Below, piece after piece: positions 13,311 to 25,215 of a stretch of DNA of 64,000 nt (positions within the stretch are counted from its first letter, which is position 1; each line of letters starts with the position of its first letter). The position numbers and the translations under genes were made by a program. This stretch comes from Felis catus. Lineage: Eukaryota. Under the pieces are notes generated by a model, which saw only the letters and a list, made by a program, of their open reading frames with translations, was not told the DNA's origin and made no database searches. Where the stretch lies: positions 135,224,001 to 135,288,000 of the forward strand of contig NC_058368.1 in NCBI RefSeq assembly GCF_018350175.1, read 5' to 3'.

Positions 13311-14139
13311 TTTCTATGTTTATGTTTTTGTCAAAATCGCTAAAATTTGTTAAAAATAAAGTTTTTTTAATATTTCTGATTTTGCTTCTGCAAACTACTC
13401 ATAAAATGACTTAAAATATAAAAACTTAAAAAGGGTTAATTGTACTAAAATGACAAATGTTGAGAATTACTCCTCATCTACCAAGGATTAAGCACTTAAT
13501 AAAATTTTGTTGTTATCATCACTATCACCATCAGGGTCCACAGAGTCTCATCAAGTTCTGACAAAGAAACCACATCCTATGCTCCACGGAACACTACAAG
13601 GACTCATAATCACCAGCAGATCTGGTGTCTTGTAACCACATCCAGCTTAGAAAAGTGGCCAGTGTGCCTGCCCACTGTGGCATGCAAAGACAGATCTGTG
13701 GGACGATGTGGCAATTCACAAGGTAAGCATTCTTCCTAGAGCATGTGCAATACACAGCACAAGGCCTGCTAAGACACAGACAGCATGTCACTGATCATAG
13801 CTCACCTCCACTGATTCTCACAGCACTGAGCCCTTGACAAAAGACCCCATAATATACCTTCCAGGCCTTTTAAGAGTCTGATCTTTCGAAAGACGAAAAA
13901 AGAACACAAACTTGTACCGTGAGTTCCTTCTGATGCAAGGCCGTGACTATGAATGATGAAGGAGGCTATGGGAGGGAAGTAGCCATCATACACCTGACTC
14001 CAGAGAAGAAAAAGACTGCAAGAGGGCACAGAGAGGAAAATAAACATGGAGGAATCTTTCTAGTAACTCTGAAAACAGAGACAGAAAGTAGGTCAAGAAA
14101 GCTCCCTGTCTCTATCTGTACACCTATGATTTTTTTTAA

Positions 14140-14329
14140 GTGTATTTATTTTGAGAGAGACAGAGGGAGTGCAAGAAGGGGAGGGGCAGAGAGGAGAGAG
14201 AATCTCAAGCAGGCTCTGCGCTTTCAGCACAGAGCCAATGAGGGGATCGATCTCACACACTGTGAGATCATGACCTGGGCTGAAATAAGGAGTCGGTAGC
14301 TTAACCGAATGAGCCACCCAGGCCTTCCC
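14140..14329 (-). mobile_element. SINEC
   Basis: Reverse copy; TSD tgattttttttaa at 14127-14139 and 14330-14342. Confidence 0.93.
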
Positions 14330-14342
14330 TGATTTTTTTTAA

Positions 14343-14777
14343 TTAGTAAATGCGACCTCCTGGTTTGGTCCAATCTAAGGGAGAACTTTCTAGTCACAGG
14401 AGAGATCCCTGTGAAAAGGAAAATGACCACAAGACGGTGGTTGGTCCCCATGTTCAAGGAGCCGCCAAAGGACCACCTCAAAAGTATATGGCCAGAGATT
14501 TCAGGAAAGGACAAGGGTAAGCGTAAGCTTTTGATGCCACTGGCCCACTCCCTGTGGGATCCTATCTGACTGGCTGTGTCCGTCAACTAAAGGTTACTGC
14601 TGCTGTCCAGGCCGCCTTAGATACATAAGTCTGTCCTTCTGGATTCTGAAAACTCCCTTCCTTCCCTCAACCCTCCAGGGGTTACCAGCCCGGAGATAAT
14701 GTACTATCTCGTATGGATCCCCACCCCTGCTCTCACTTTGGAAATGGTATCTTTATTAAACCCTCTTCCAGGTATCT

Positions 14778-14810
<33 letters not shown>

Positions 14811-15020
14811 TTTATTTAAATTCAATTTAGTTAACATACAGTGTAATGTTAGTTTCAGGAGTAGAACCCACTGCTTCATCACTTCCATGTAACAGCCAGT
14901 GTTCACCCCAACAAGTGCCCTCCTTAGTGCCCATCCCCCATTTAACCCTCCCCCCCCCACCCCTCTTCCAATTATCTTAATTTGAGTGGGCATCTGTGCT
15001 TTGCTGGGACTCTGACTCTA
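14343..15020 (+). mobile_element. Old ERVL-type LTR remnant (LTR41-like), interrupted by L1
   Basis: attaaa signal and LTR-like 3' end tttgagtgggcatctgtgctttgctgggactctgact; family and start uncertain. Confidence 0.4.
14779..14960 (-). mobile_element. Short carnivore L1 3'UTR insertion with (TTAC)n-derived tail
   Basis: Reverse of L1 3'UTR (gatgggcactaaggagggcacttgtt); 18-bp TSD ccctcttccaNNtatctt at 14761-14778 and 14961-14978. Confidence 0.9.
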
Positions 15021-15169
15021 CCTTAGGGGCTGCTGAGAGGATTAAATGTGTCTGGCACTTAGTAAACCATCATTGCAAAGATATTTCTACCCTCCTCTCT
15101 TCTGTCTCTTGCTCCTTTGTTCAGCCATGGTGAAACCTTCTAGCTGGGCCGTCTTGTGATTCTTTAGTA

Positions 15170-15507
15170 GAGGAGTCAGCAAACTTTCTCTGCAGAGGGC
15201 CAAAGAGTCCATATTTTAGGCTTCGTGGGCTACACAGTCTCTGTTGCCACTGCTCAGCCCTGCCGTTATAGAACAAAGCAGCCAGAGGTGATATATAAAA
15301 GAATGAGCATGGCTGTGTTCCAATACCATTTTATTTATGAACACTGATATTTGAAATTCATATAATCTTCATGGGTGGTGAAATGTTATTCTTTTTTTGA
15401 TTATTTTTCAACCATTTGAAACTATAAAACTATTCTTAGCTCACAAGCCGTACGAAAACGGGCAACAGGCAGGATCTGGACTACAGGCCATAGTTTGCCA
15501 ACTGCTA
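15170..15507 (+). mobile_element. MER58B-like hAT-Charlie MITE
   Basis: TIR-like ends gaggagtcagcaaact / agtttgccaactgct; internal gcatggctgtgttccaata. Confidence 0.88.
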
Positions 15508-16041
15508 TTTGAACAGCGCCCTATGATTTAGCATTTGTGCTATAGCACAGAGTTTTTATGCTCCAAGTTATTATTCTATTTTTTATACTTTTTTCATTAT
15601 CTAATAAGACTACAAGTTCATTCTTTGAAGCCAAAGTTTGCTTGCTCTTTCCCATCATCTTTGCCAACTGGTTTCCAAAATCCTGTCACATGGCACACTT
15701 AGACCACTCCCCTCTATGGCACCTTCCAGGAGCAATGCACTTGAAGCTGTTCCCACATTAGAAACCCATTCCAGCACTGTCTCTTCTAGAAAAAGGCACA
15801 TCCAAAACGAGCCCGTTGTGATTCACTCCACAGAAATAATACGACGTCTGCTGCATTTGGGCAATGCCTGGATAGTGGCAACACTGAGAAGATGAAGTTT
15901 GCCTTTGCAGAGTTCCACCTGCTTGTGCTCATCATGGACTGGTACACATTCAGGCCATTTACTGATACCTGATGACTTATCAGTCTGATAATATCTCTCC
16001 TCCTCCCCTTCTCTGAAGGCCCATCTAATCAATCAGTACAC

Positions 16042-16270
16042 AAGCACTGGTAGATGCTAAGGTTAAGCATCCAATTCTTGATTTCAGCTCAAGGCATTAT
16101 CTCACAGTTCATAAGATCGAGCCCCGAGTGGGGCTCCACATTAACAGCGCAGAGCCTGCTTGATATTCTCTCCCTCCCTCTCTCTCTCTGCCCCTCCCTA
16201 ACTCATGCATGCACATGCTCTCTCTCAAAATAAATAAATAAACTTCAAAATAATAATAACAATAATAATA
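16042..16270 (+). mobile_element. SINEC (diverged)
   Basis: ggttaagcatccaattcttgatttcagctc..agagcctgcttg..(CT)n, aaataaataaa tail. Confidence 0.9.
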
Positions 16271-16285
16271 ATTCCTTACCTAAGG

Positions 16286-16441
16286 CAGTGCTTTTCAACC
16301 CTGACTACACATGATGACCACCTGAAAAGCATTCTAAAATGCTGATGGTCAGGACCTACCCTACAGTGACTAAAATTTTACCTGCAGTTTTAAAGAGCTT
16401 ACCAGGTAAGTCTGGTGCAAGATGAGGCTTGAGAATCACAG
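16286..16441. mobile_element. MER5-like hAT-Charlie
   Basis: Inverted ends cagtgcttttcaacc ... gcttgagaatcacag. Confidence 0.7.
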
Positions 16442-16640
16442 ACTTAGAGGAATGGCCAAGGGAGAAGTTTTCACACAGCTGAAGGAGGTCAAAATATGCC
16501 CATTTCACATCATGAAGGTGTTTTTGTTTTTTTTTTTTTACTCTCCCATGCAAAACCTCGGAAAAGAAGGCATTTGGGAGACTGAGATGGAAATGAAAAT
16601 TATTGTGCACCTAGTTTGTGTTCTGTTTTTGTTAACTGCT

Positions 16641-17140
16641 TTTCATTCATTTATTCATTCACCCAACATTTATTAAGCTACTCTGTGCCAGGAACTCTGC
16701 TAAACACTGTGGATACCAAGATGAATAAGAGAGTCATGGTGTCTACCCTCATGGAACTTACATTCTCACAGGTAGAAAGGATAGGAGGAATTGAACAACT
16801 CAGGACACAATTATTATTTAATGACAATAACGGTAAGACCTACAAAGCTCCGGGTACACCTTCCAGGGGGATCTGACTTCCTTGAGGCATATCAGGGAGG
16901 GCTTCCTTGAGAAACTGATGCTCTGGCTGAGCTTTGAAGCATGAATAAGAACTAACTAGAAAGTAGGGATAGTAGAGGGAACCACATCTGCAGAGGCCCT
17001 GAGGCAAGTGGGTAGGAACTGAGAGTTTTTAGAAAACTGAAAGAAGGTACTCTGGTTGAAATTCAACCAGAGCAAAGGAAGAATGGTAGGACACATGAGG
17101 GCCAGGTCAGGCAGGGCCTTGAAGACCTTATTAAGATGCT
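16641..17140 (-). mobile_element. L2 3' end
   Basis: ttcattcatttattcattcacccaacatttattaagc..tgtgccaggaact..ccctcatggaacttacattct. Confidence 0.85.
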
Positions 17141-17899
17141 ATCTGTTACCTCATGTGTACTTCATTAATATCTGCATGTTACAGACACAGAGCTCTAGTA
17201 GCACGCTCAGGGGCTGATCATTGGAAAGTGGTGAGACCAGTACTCAATCCTGCTTCTGTCTAACTGCAAAGCCAGTGTCATTTCTGCCTCTCATGTGTCT
17301 CCTTCTGCAGTTCCATCCACCTTCCGAGGTGATATGTTTCACTAGAAACAGAAGTTACATATCAAGTCTGTGTTTCTATACATGTTTCAAAAATATTAAC
17401 TTCAGAGAAACTGACAATCATTCTATGAAGGAAAAGATTAGCCCACACCTCCTTGCCAGTCCTTTGCAGAATTCAAAAGGCTTCTATCACTGGACAATAT
17501 AGGTTAATCAGACAAAGTCATTTATTGATTCATTTATCAGTATTTAGTGAACACTTACATGCCCAATGCTAGAAACATAGATAAAAATATATTATCCTGT
17601 CACTAGTGGTATTTACAGTCTTTCTAGAAGAGAGTAAAGAAGCAATGTATTTTGCCAAATTCAAATCAGAAATTCCTTTAACAGGAAATAGGAGACAAGA
17701 GTGGTAATATTTTATGATTAATATTTCTTTCCACAGGATTATCTCTTTCTGCCCCACTCCTTAACCCCCCCCCCAATGCTTTTCAAACATGACCACTCAA
17801 AAATATCAAGGCCAGTAAAAATTGTTAGCATTTAGTAGCCAAGGAAGACCACAGTGCACACAAAATTTCAGCAATGAGCAAAGACATTCTGGAGCATGA

Positions 17900-18310
17900 T
17901 CAATGAGGGGAAATTGTATAAATCTTCAAAAAAAAATTTTCTGATCCAGTTCCAAAATCAGCAGTGTACATGAGATTTATCCAATCCTCTTCCAGATGGT
18001 TTGAGGAAATCTGAGCTGAGTCCTAGACGTAATGGTTAGTATAAGAAATATGAAATGAACAAATAAAAACTTCATTAAAATCCTAAAATAAAACTGAAAA
18101 ATCTATAGCAGATGGTATGGATCACAGATAGTTAAATGTTTGACAAAGACAGTAATGATTATTTTTTTATCAGCAGCAGGGCTTTGGGAGACAGACGAGA
18201 AGACTGAATTATAGGAAATACGGTATTGATTTTTGAAAATGGAAGTTAGATTGATTCTGGCCAGTACTTCAGGTAAACTTCTTTGATCCCTATTAAAATA
18301 TTCAGTTTGA
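17900..18310 (+). mobile_element. CR1/L3 LINE ORF2 fragment (upstream piece)
   Basis: KSIADGMDHR*L (18099-18134) and GDRRED*IIGNTVLIFENGS*IDSGQY (18187-18267) resemble CR1 KSPGPDGIHPRVL and GEVPEDW..ANV.PIFKKG...DPGNY. Confidence 0.65.
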
Positions 18311-19169
18311 TTCTAACAATCAAGGAGGCACCTCAGCCCTCTTTGCTGAGACCTAAGGGCAGGTGGTAGGAGAAAAAGAAGGGTCCATTTTCCCACTGTC
18401 TTCCAAGAACTCCCAAGAGCCACCAAGTCAACAAAGTTCTCAGGACAGTTTCACCCCATGACCCTGAAGGACTAGCACACCTGCCCCCAGTGAAATTTCC
18501 AACTAACTCCAGGCTCAAACACACAGTCAAGAGAGGTGGTTGAGGGGGAGCCCCTGCTAAATCCCATGTATCCATTTCCTGCACCTCAAAAACACATGGC
18601 AGGGTGTGTGTGTACCAAACATACATATACATCGCCAGTCATCCTCCCAGACAGCGATTTCTTCTGTCCCACCAAAGTAGCTAGAACTTGGCAAAAGAGA
18701 AAACTCAAGCCATCACAACAAAATAAAGGCATCTCCCATTACATCCCCAAACCAAGATCCAAAAGAACACCTTTCTGGTCCTCTTTGGAGATCACAGAGT
18801 CAAAGCTGAGCCTAAGGACAGCCTTCTCTTTCTCCTTTTCAGGAACGCCTCAGAGGCCATCACTCCTCACATTTCTGGCAGCCACCTTCCCTCAAATAAA
18901 ATGTTAAAACAGCAATAGACCATAGTGCTTTCACAGAAAGCAAATCTTTATCATACAAGACATCATGCCAGCCCTCCCATCAAACTGATACGCACTGATA
19001 CATATTTATTCTCAGCTTCTCGTCTTCCAAACATTATGACCCTTATTTTGATCAGTCATTTGTCCCATTACCCTAGATGTGAGCACATGTAGCTGTGTGT
19101 TCATCGTGTCCATTGTGATGAAGGTCCTCGACAGGTTGTCCTGGTCTGTGCTGTGTAAACCCATGTTCT

Positions 19170-19310
19170 AGACTCACTACCCAAATTGTGGTTCTTGGAT
19201 TAGCAACATTAACAGAACCCCAGGCCTCATACCAGGACTGCTGAGTCAAAATCTGCATTTTAAAACTGTCCCCATGTGAGTCTCGTGAACATCAAAAGTT
19301 AAAAATCCCC
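19170..19310. mobile_element. MER5-like remnant
   Basis: caggcctcataccaggactgctgagtcaaaatctgcatttt. Confidence 0.6.
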
Positions 19311-19796
19311 CTTAGGAAGTACAGAATTCTCTGTCTAAATTGTCTTAGTTTCTGAATACATGTTGGTGATGATCATTGTTAACTACATTACTAAAATGGG
19401 GTTCTATAGGGAGACAGAGGAAATACATAAGAAATTTTTGTGGTTACTATTTATATCTTGACTCCACAATTTATGTCCCTTATATGAAGCGCTTAGAGAT
19501 TCATTGATCTTATATATTTAAGTGGAATAAATGCCGTAAAAGTTCAAAGAAGGGGGAGCTTGATTTCCAGACGGGGAAATCCCAATGAGAAAGTAGGACC
19601 TGAACTACGGAGGGGTGGTAAGATCTTGCTACAAGATGACTACAAGGGAAATCTTCTAAATCCAAAACAGATATATTAAGTTACCAGCTAGCACTAACTA
19701 AACATGTGAACTTCAGTAAATCATTTCTTTTCTCTGAGCATTAATAAAATCAGGAAGGTGATGTGGCCTAGTGGAAACAAAATTTGGTGTCAGGTA

Positions 19797-22700
19797 TATA
19801 CAAGAATTGAGATCATACCATGCATACTTTCAGACCACAATGCTATGAAGCTTGAAATCAACCACAGGAAAAAGTCTGGAAAACCTCCAAAAGCATGGAG
19901 GTTAAAGAACACCCTACTAAAGAATGAATGTGTCAACCAGGCAACTAGAGAAGAAATTAAAAAATATATGGAAACAAACGAAAATGAAAATACAACAATC
20001 CAAACGCTTTGGGATGCAGCGAAGGCAGTCCTGAGAGGAAAATACATTGCAATCCAGGTCTAACTCAAGAAACAAGGAAAATCCCAAATACAAAATCTAA
20101 CAGCACACCTAAAGGAACTAGAAGCAGAACAGCAAAGCCAGCCTAAACCCAGAAGGAGAAGAGAAATAATAAAGATAAGAGCAGAAATAAACAATATAGA
20201 ATCTAAAAATACTGTAGAGCAGATCAATGAAACCAAGAGTTGGTTTTTTGAAAAAATCAACAAAATTGATAAACCTCTAGCCAGGCTTCTCCAAAAGAAA
20301 AGGGAGATGACCTAAATAGACAAAATCATGAATTAAAATGGAATTATTACAACCAATCCCTCAGAGATACAAGCAATTATCAGGGAATACTATGAAAAAT
20401 TATATGCCAACAAATTGGACAATCTGGAAGAAATGGACAAATTCCTAAACACCCACACACTTCCAAAACTCAATCAGGAGGAAATAGAAAGCTTGAACAG
20501 ACCCATAACCAGCGAAGAAATTGAATCGGTTATCAAAAATCTCCCAACAAATAAGAGTCCAGGACCAGATGGCTTCCCAGGGGAGTTCTACCAGACGTTT
20601 AAAGCAGAGATAATGCCTATCCTTCTCAAGCTATCACAAAAAATAGAAAGGGAAGGAAAACTTCCAGACTCATTCTATGAAGCCAGTATTACTTTGATTC
20701 CTAAACCAGACAGAGACCCAGTAAAAAAAAGAGAACTACAGGCCAATATCCCTGATGAATATGGATGCAAAAATTCTCAATAAGATACTAGCAAATCAAA
20801 TTCAACAGCATATAAAAAGAATTATTCACCATGATCAAGTGGGATTCATTCCTGGGATGCAGGGCTGGTTCAACATTCGCAAATCAACCAACGTGATACA
20901 TCACATTAATAAAAGAAAAGATAAGAACCATGTGATCCTGTCAATCGATGCAGAAAAGGCCTTTGACAAAATTCAGCAAGATTTCTTAATAAAAACCCTC
21001 AAGAAAGTCGGGATAGAAGGAACATACTTAAACATCATAAGAGCCATTTATGAAAAGCCCACAGCTAACATCATCCTCAATGGGGAAAAACTGAGAGCTT
21101 TTTCCCTGAGATCAGGAACACGACAGGGATGTCGACTGTCACCGCTGTTGTTTAGCACATTGTTGGAAGTTCTAGCATCAGCAATCAGACAACAAAAGGA
21201 AATCAAAGGCATCAAAATTGGCAAAGATGAAGTCAAGCTTTCACTTTTTGCAGATGACATGATATTATACATGGAAAATCCGACAGACTCCACCAAAAGT
21301 CTGCTAGAACTGATACATGAATTTAGCAAAGTTGCAGGATACAAAATCAATGTACAGAAATCAGTTGCATTCTTATACACTAATAATGAAGCAACAGAAA
21401 GACAAATAAAGAAACTGATCCCATTCACAATTGCACCAAGAAGCATAAAATATCTAGGGATAAATCTAACCAAAGATGTAAAAGATCTGTATGTTGAAAA
21501 CTATAGAAAGCTTATGAAGGTAATTGAAGAAGATATAAAGAAATGGAAAAACATTCCATGCTCATGGATTGGAAGAATAAATATTGTCAAAATGTCAATA
21601 CTACCCAAAGCTATCTACACATTCAATGCAATCCCAATCAAAATTTCACCAGCATTCTTCTCGAAACTAGAACAAGCAATTCTAAAATTCATATGGAACC
21701 ACAAAAGGCCCCGAATAGCCAAACTAATTTTGAAGAAGAAGACCAAAGCAGGAGGCATCACAATCCCAGACTTTAGCCTCTACTACAAAGTTGTAATCAT
21801 CAAGACAGCATGGTATTGGCACAAAAACAGACACATAGACCAATGGAATGGAACAGATACCCCAGAACTAGACCCACAAACGTATGGCCAACTCATCTTT
21901 GACAAAGCAGGAAAGAACATCCAATGGAAAAAAGACAGTCTCTTTAACAAATGGTGCTGGGAGAACTGGACAGCAACATGCAGAAGGATGAAACTAGACC
22001 ACTTTCTCACACCATTCACAAAAATAAACTCAAAATGGATAAAGGACCTGAATGTGAGACAGGAAACCATCAAAACCCTAGAGGAGAAAGCAGGAAAAGA
22101 CCTCTCTGACCTCAGTCGTGGCAATTTCTTACTTGACACATCCCCAAAGGCAAGGGAATTAAAAGCAAAAATGAACTATTGGGACCTCATGAAGATAAAA
22201 AGCTTCTGCACAGCAAAGGAAACAACCAACAAAACTAAAAGGCAACCAATGGAATGGGAAAAGATATTTGCAAATGACATATCAGACAAAGGGCTAGTAT
22301 CCAAAATCTATAAAAAGCTCACCAAACTCCACACCCGAAAAACAAATAATCCAGTGAAGAAATGGGCAGAAAACATGAACAGACACTTCTCTAAAGAAGA
22401 CATCCGGGTGGCCAACAGGCACATGAAAAGATGTTCAACGTCACTTCTCATCAGGGAAATACAAATCAAAACCACACTCAGATATCACCTCACACCAGTC
22501 AAGTGGCCAAAATGAACAAATCAGGAGACTATAGATGCTGGCGAGGATGTGGAGAAATGAGAACCCTCTTGCACTGTTGGTAGGAATGCAAATTGGTGCA
22601 GCCGCTCTGGAAAACAGTGTGGAGTTTCCTCAAAAAATTAAAAATAGACCTACCCTATGACCCAGCAGTAGCACTGCTAGGAATTTACCCAAGGGATACA

Positions 22701-22975
22701 GGAGTGCTGACGCATAGGGCACTTGTACCCCAATGTTTATAGCAGCACTCTCAACAATAGCCAAATTATGGAAAGAACCTAAATGTCCATCAACTGACGA
22801 ATGGATAAAGAAATTGTGGTTTATATACACAATGGAGTACTACGTGGCAATGAGAAAAAATGAAATATGGCCCTTTGTAGCAACGTGGATGGAACTGGAA
22901 AGTGTGATGCTAAGTGAAATAAGCCATACAGAGAAAGACAGATACCATATGTTTTCACTCCCATGTGGATCCTGA
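19797..22975 (+). pseudogene. Disrupted L1 ORF2 (reverse transcriptase); open 586-codon segment 20755-22515
   Basis: RT motifs [40 protein letters not shown]; in-frame TAA at 20061, 20313, 20334; frameshift in A-run 20723-20730 and near 22500. Confidence 0.97.
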
Positions 22976-23238
22976 GAAACTTAACAGGAACCCATGGGGG
23001 AGGGGAAGGAAAAAAAAAGAGATTAGAGTGAGAGAGAGCCAAAGCATAAGAGACTCTTAAAAACTGAGAACAAACTGAGGGCTGATGGAGGGTGGGAGGG
23101 AGGGGAGGGTGGGTGACGAGTATTGAGGAGGGCACCTGTTGGGATGAGCACTGGGTGTTGTATGGAAACCAATTTCACAATAAATTTTAAATAAATAAAT
23201 AAACAAACAAACATACATACATACATTAAAAAAAAAAT
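19797..23238 (+). mobile_element. Young feline L1, 5'-truncated (~3.4 kb), inserted in a MIR
   Basis: ORF2 from the end of the EN domain to stop 22975, G-rich 3'UTR, AATAAA, A-rich tail; perfect 15-bp TSD atttggtgtcaggta at 19782-19796 and 23239-23253. Confidence 0.99.
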
Positions 23239-23649
23239 ATTTGGTGTCAGGTAGACCCAGCACCAATTCTAGCCAGACTATGTCACCTTGGAGCAGTTAC
23301 CTTACCTTGCGGAGCCTTACTAAAATGAGAGTAATACTAAGAGAAGGTGTACCAACTTCCCAGGTTAGTGTCTGTTGCCTAACAGGTGGTCAATCATTAC
23401 TACTTAACCATTTCCCCTCCCTGCCCTCCAGCAAAGAATTGGACCAGGACACATGTGAACTAAATCTGGATCTGAGTTGGGAGTTACGGTCCAGATTCAG
23501 AAAGTCCTGAAGGGTTCAGGCTTGGTGTGGCAGGAAGTAAGCGTCATTGTGCAAAGGTAGAAACAGTATTTTAGGAAGACCAGGCTAACAGTGTGCCCAG
23601 AATGGACCCGAGAGGCAGGTGACGGTGAGTAGTGAATTGGCAAGCTCAC

Positions 23650-24110
23650 TGTAATGCATGTACCAGCTTTCACAGCACATCTGACCACATCTGCATTGAT
23701 CATGTGACTCTGCTCTCAGATCCATTTCTGCATTTCCCTGCTCTAGCCTGTATATTTGGGAACTGGCTTCCAGGTAGGATCAGCCAATGGGGGCTAAAAG
23801 GCTTGTAAGTAAAAGGAAGAAGCTAAGAGGTTTATCCTTTCCTCTCCCTGCCCAGGGTGGCAATGCTATATCTGCTGGGAGCCACCAGATCCAACAGGGG
23901 ACCTTGTGCTCTGTGGTTCCAGCTCTGTCTGGCAGCTTGAGCTCTGGGCTCTGGTAACACCTCTTCCCTCTGCAGTCCACCTGCTTGGGGTGAGACCAGC
24001 TTCCAGCTATTGCCAACCTCTGGGTTACTGTACCCTCTCCTCTTTGGCTTCTCCATTTTACCATCACCTGGATAAACAATACCAGTCCCCTCACATAGCA
24101 ACTGAATCAA
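23650..24110 (+). mobile_element. Old ERVL LTR (LTR33-like)
   Basis: ctggcttccaggtaggatcagccaatggggg motif recalled from LTR33-class LTRs; approximate. Confidence 0.5.
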
Positions 24111-24199
24111 AATAGATCTCAGGTTACTTCATACGAATATGTGGATTTCTACATCTTGGAAAATATACAAAATAAAAGCTACATAATTAATGATCTCCC

Positions 24200-25215
24200 A
24201 GTGAAAGTAGGAGAGAAACCAGGGTCAGAATTCTCCAACTGGAAAATATCACAGATCCATTAATATAGGATAATTATTAATCTGTGAAAGTAGTGGTATC
24301 TATGAGCATGTCACATTTAATTTAGCATTGGCATGGATGCTCTAGAAAGGTGAATAACAAATGCAGAAATTAATTCCACAGATATAATTGGGAAATGCTG
24401 CAAATACCCAAAAGGATGGTGAAATGATCCAAAAAAAAAAAAAAAAAGCTGGCAGTTACAGAAATATGGGCAGGATATGGTGGTGAAACTCATAAAAATG
24501 CGTAACTGGGTCGAAATAACAAAATGAGATACTGCCTGAAAAATGTATACATTTTAGGTAAAAGAAAGTAATCACAAACACAACTATTCCAGGGGTAGGA
24601 ATGAAAATAAGAAATGAATAAAGCTGAAGAAGATTGAGGAGTGATGGTACAAACTTCTATGTAATTTTCAAATACGATGGAGGAAAAAGAGCCTTGTTAT
24701 TTTGAGCTTTAACTATCGAGACCCTATAGTTTTGTTTTTTTTTTTAATTTTTTTTTCAACGTTTATTTATTTTTGGGACAGAGAGAGACAGAGCATGAAC
24801 GGGGGAGGGGCAGAGAGAGAGGGAGACACAGAATCGGAAACAGGCTCCAGGCTCTGAGCCATCAGCCCAGAGCCCGACGCGGGGCTCGAGCTCACGGACC
24901 GCGAGATCGTGACCTGGCTGAAGTCGGACGCTTAACCGACTGCGCCACCCAGGCGCCCCGACCCTATAGTTTTTTAAATAAACAACAACAACAAAATGAT
25001 GTTCTCTCCAACTTCCAAGCACTTCCCCCGATTTATATAACATTGATTAGGCTATACTTGCTAGCCTTGCCAAATTTTGCATACCTCCCTAATAAAAATG
25101 AGGGGAAAAACATTAAGAACTGCAAGAACTCTGGGAAATAAAAGCCAAATAAATGATAATGAGATGGAGAATATGAATGATAAAGGAAGTTAAAAGAACC
25201 AGATTGGCTGAACAA
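24200..25215 (+). mobile_element. CR1/L3 LINE ORF2 fragment (downstream piece), interrupted by SINEC
   Basis: LGNAANTQKDGEMIQ (24388-24432), NKMR, EED*GVMV (24626-24649), PIYITLIRLYL (25028-25060), MENMND..LKE in CR1 order. Confidence 0.7.
24734..24959 (-). mobile_element. Very young feline SINEC
   Basis: CpG-rich reverse copy; TSD gaccctatagtttt at 24720-24733 and 24960-24973. Confidence 0.98.

Larger units (their letters stand above)
11912..13491 (+). mobile_element. piggyBac-superfamily DNA transposon fossil (Looper-like), interrupted by a SINEC
   Basis: Decayed transposase motifs; possible right end ccaaggaTTAA at 13481-13491 (alternative gggTTAA at 13433-13439); left end uncertain. Confidence 0.8.

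Noticed and set aside
13806..13882. Minus-strand segment with a pyrimidine-rich AG acceptor and a GTGAG donor
   Set aside because: No recognisable peptide in any frame. Such splice-like pairs are common, and RNA-seq would be needed.
20755..22515. 586-aa ORF as a novel RT-based system or host gene
   Set aside because: It is ordinary L1 ORF2 within a truncated, TSD-flanked L1. The antisense ORFs here are shadows of it.
24756..25141. Recurrent ORFs such as MGQRETEHERGRG.. and MAQSVKRPTSAQVMIS.. (also at 43190, 7998, 50330 and others)
   Set aside because: These are translations of SINEC copies, not a gene family.
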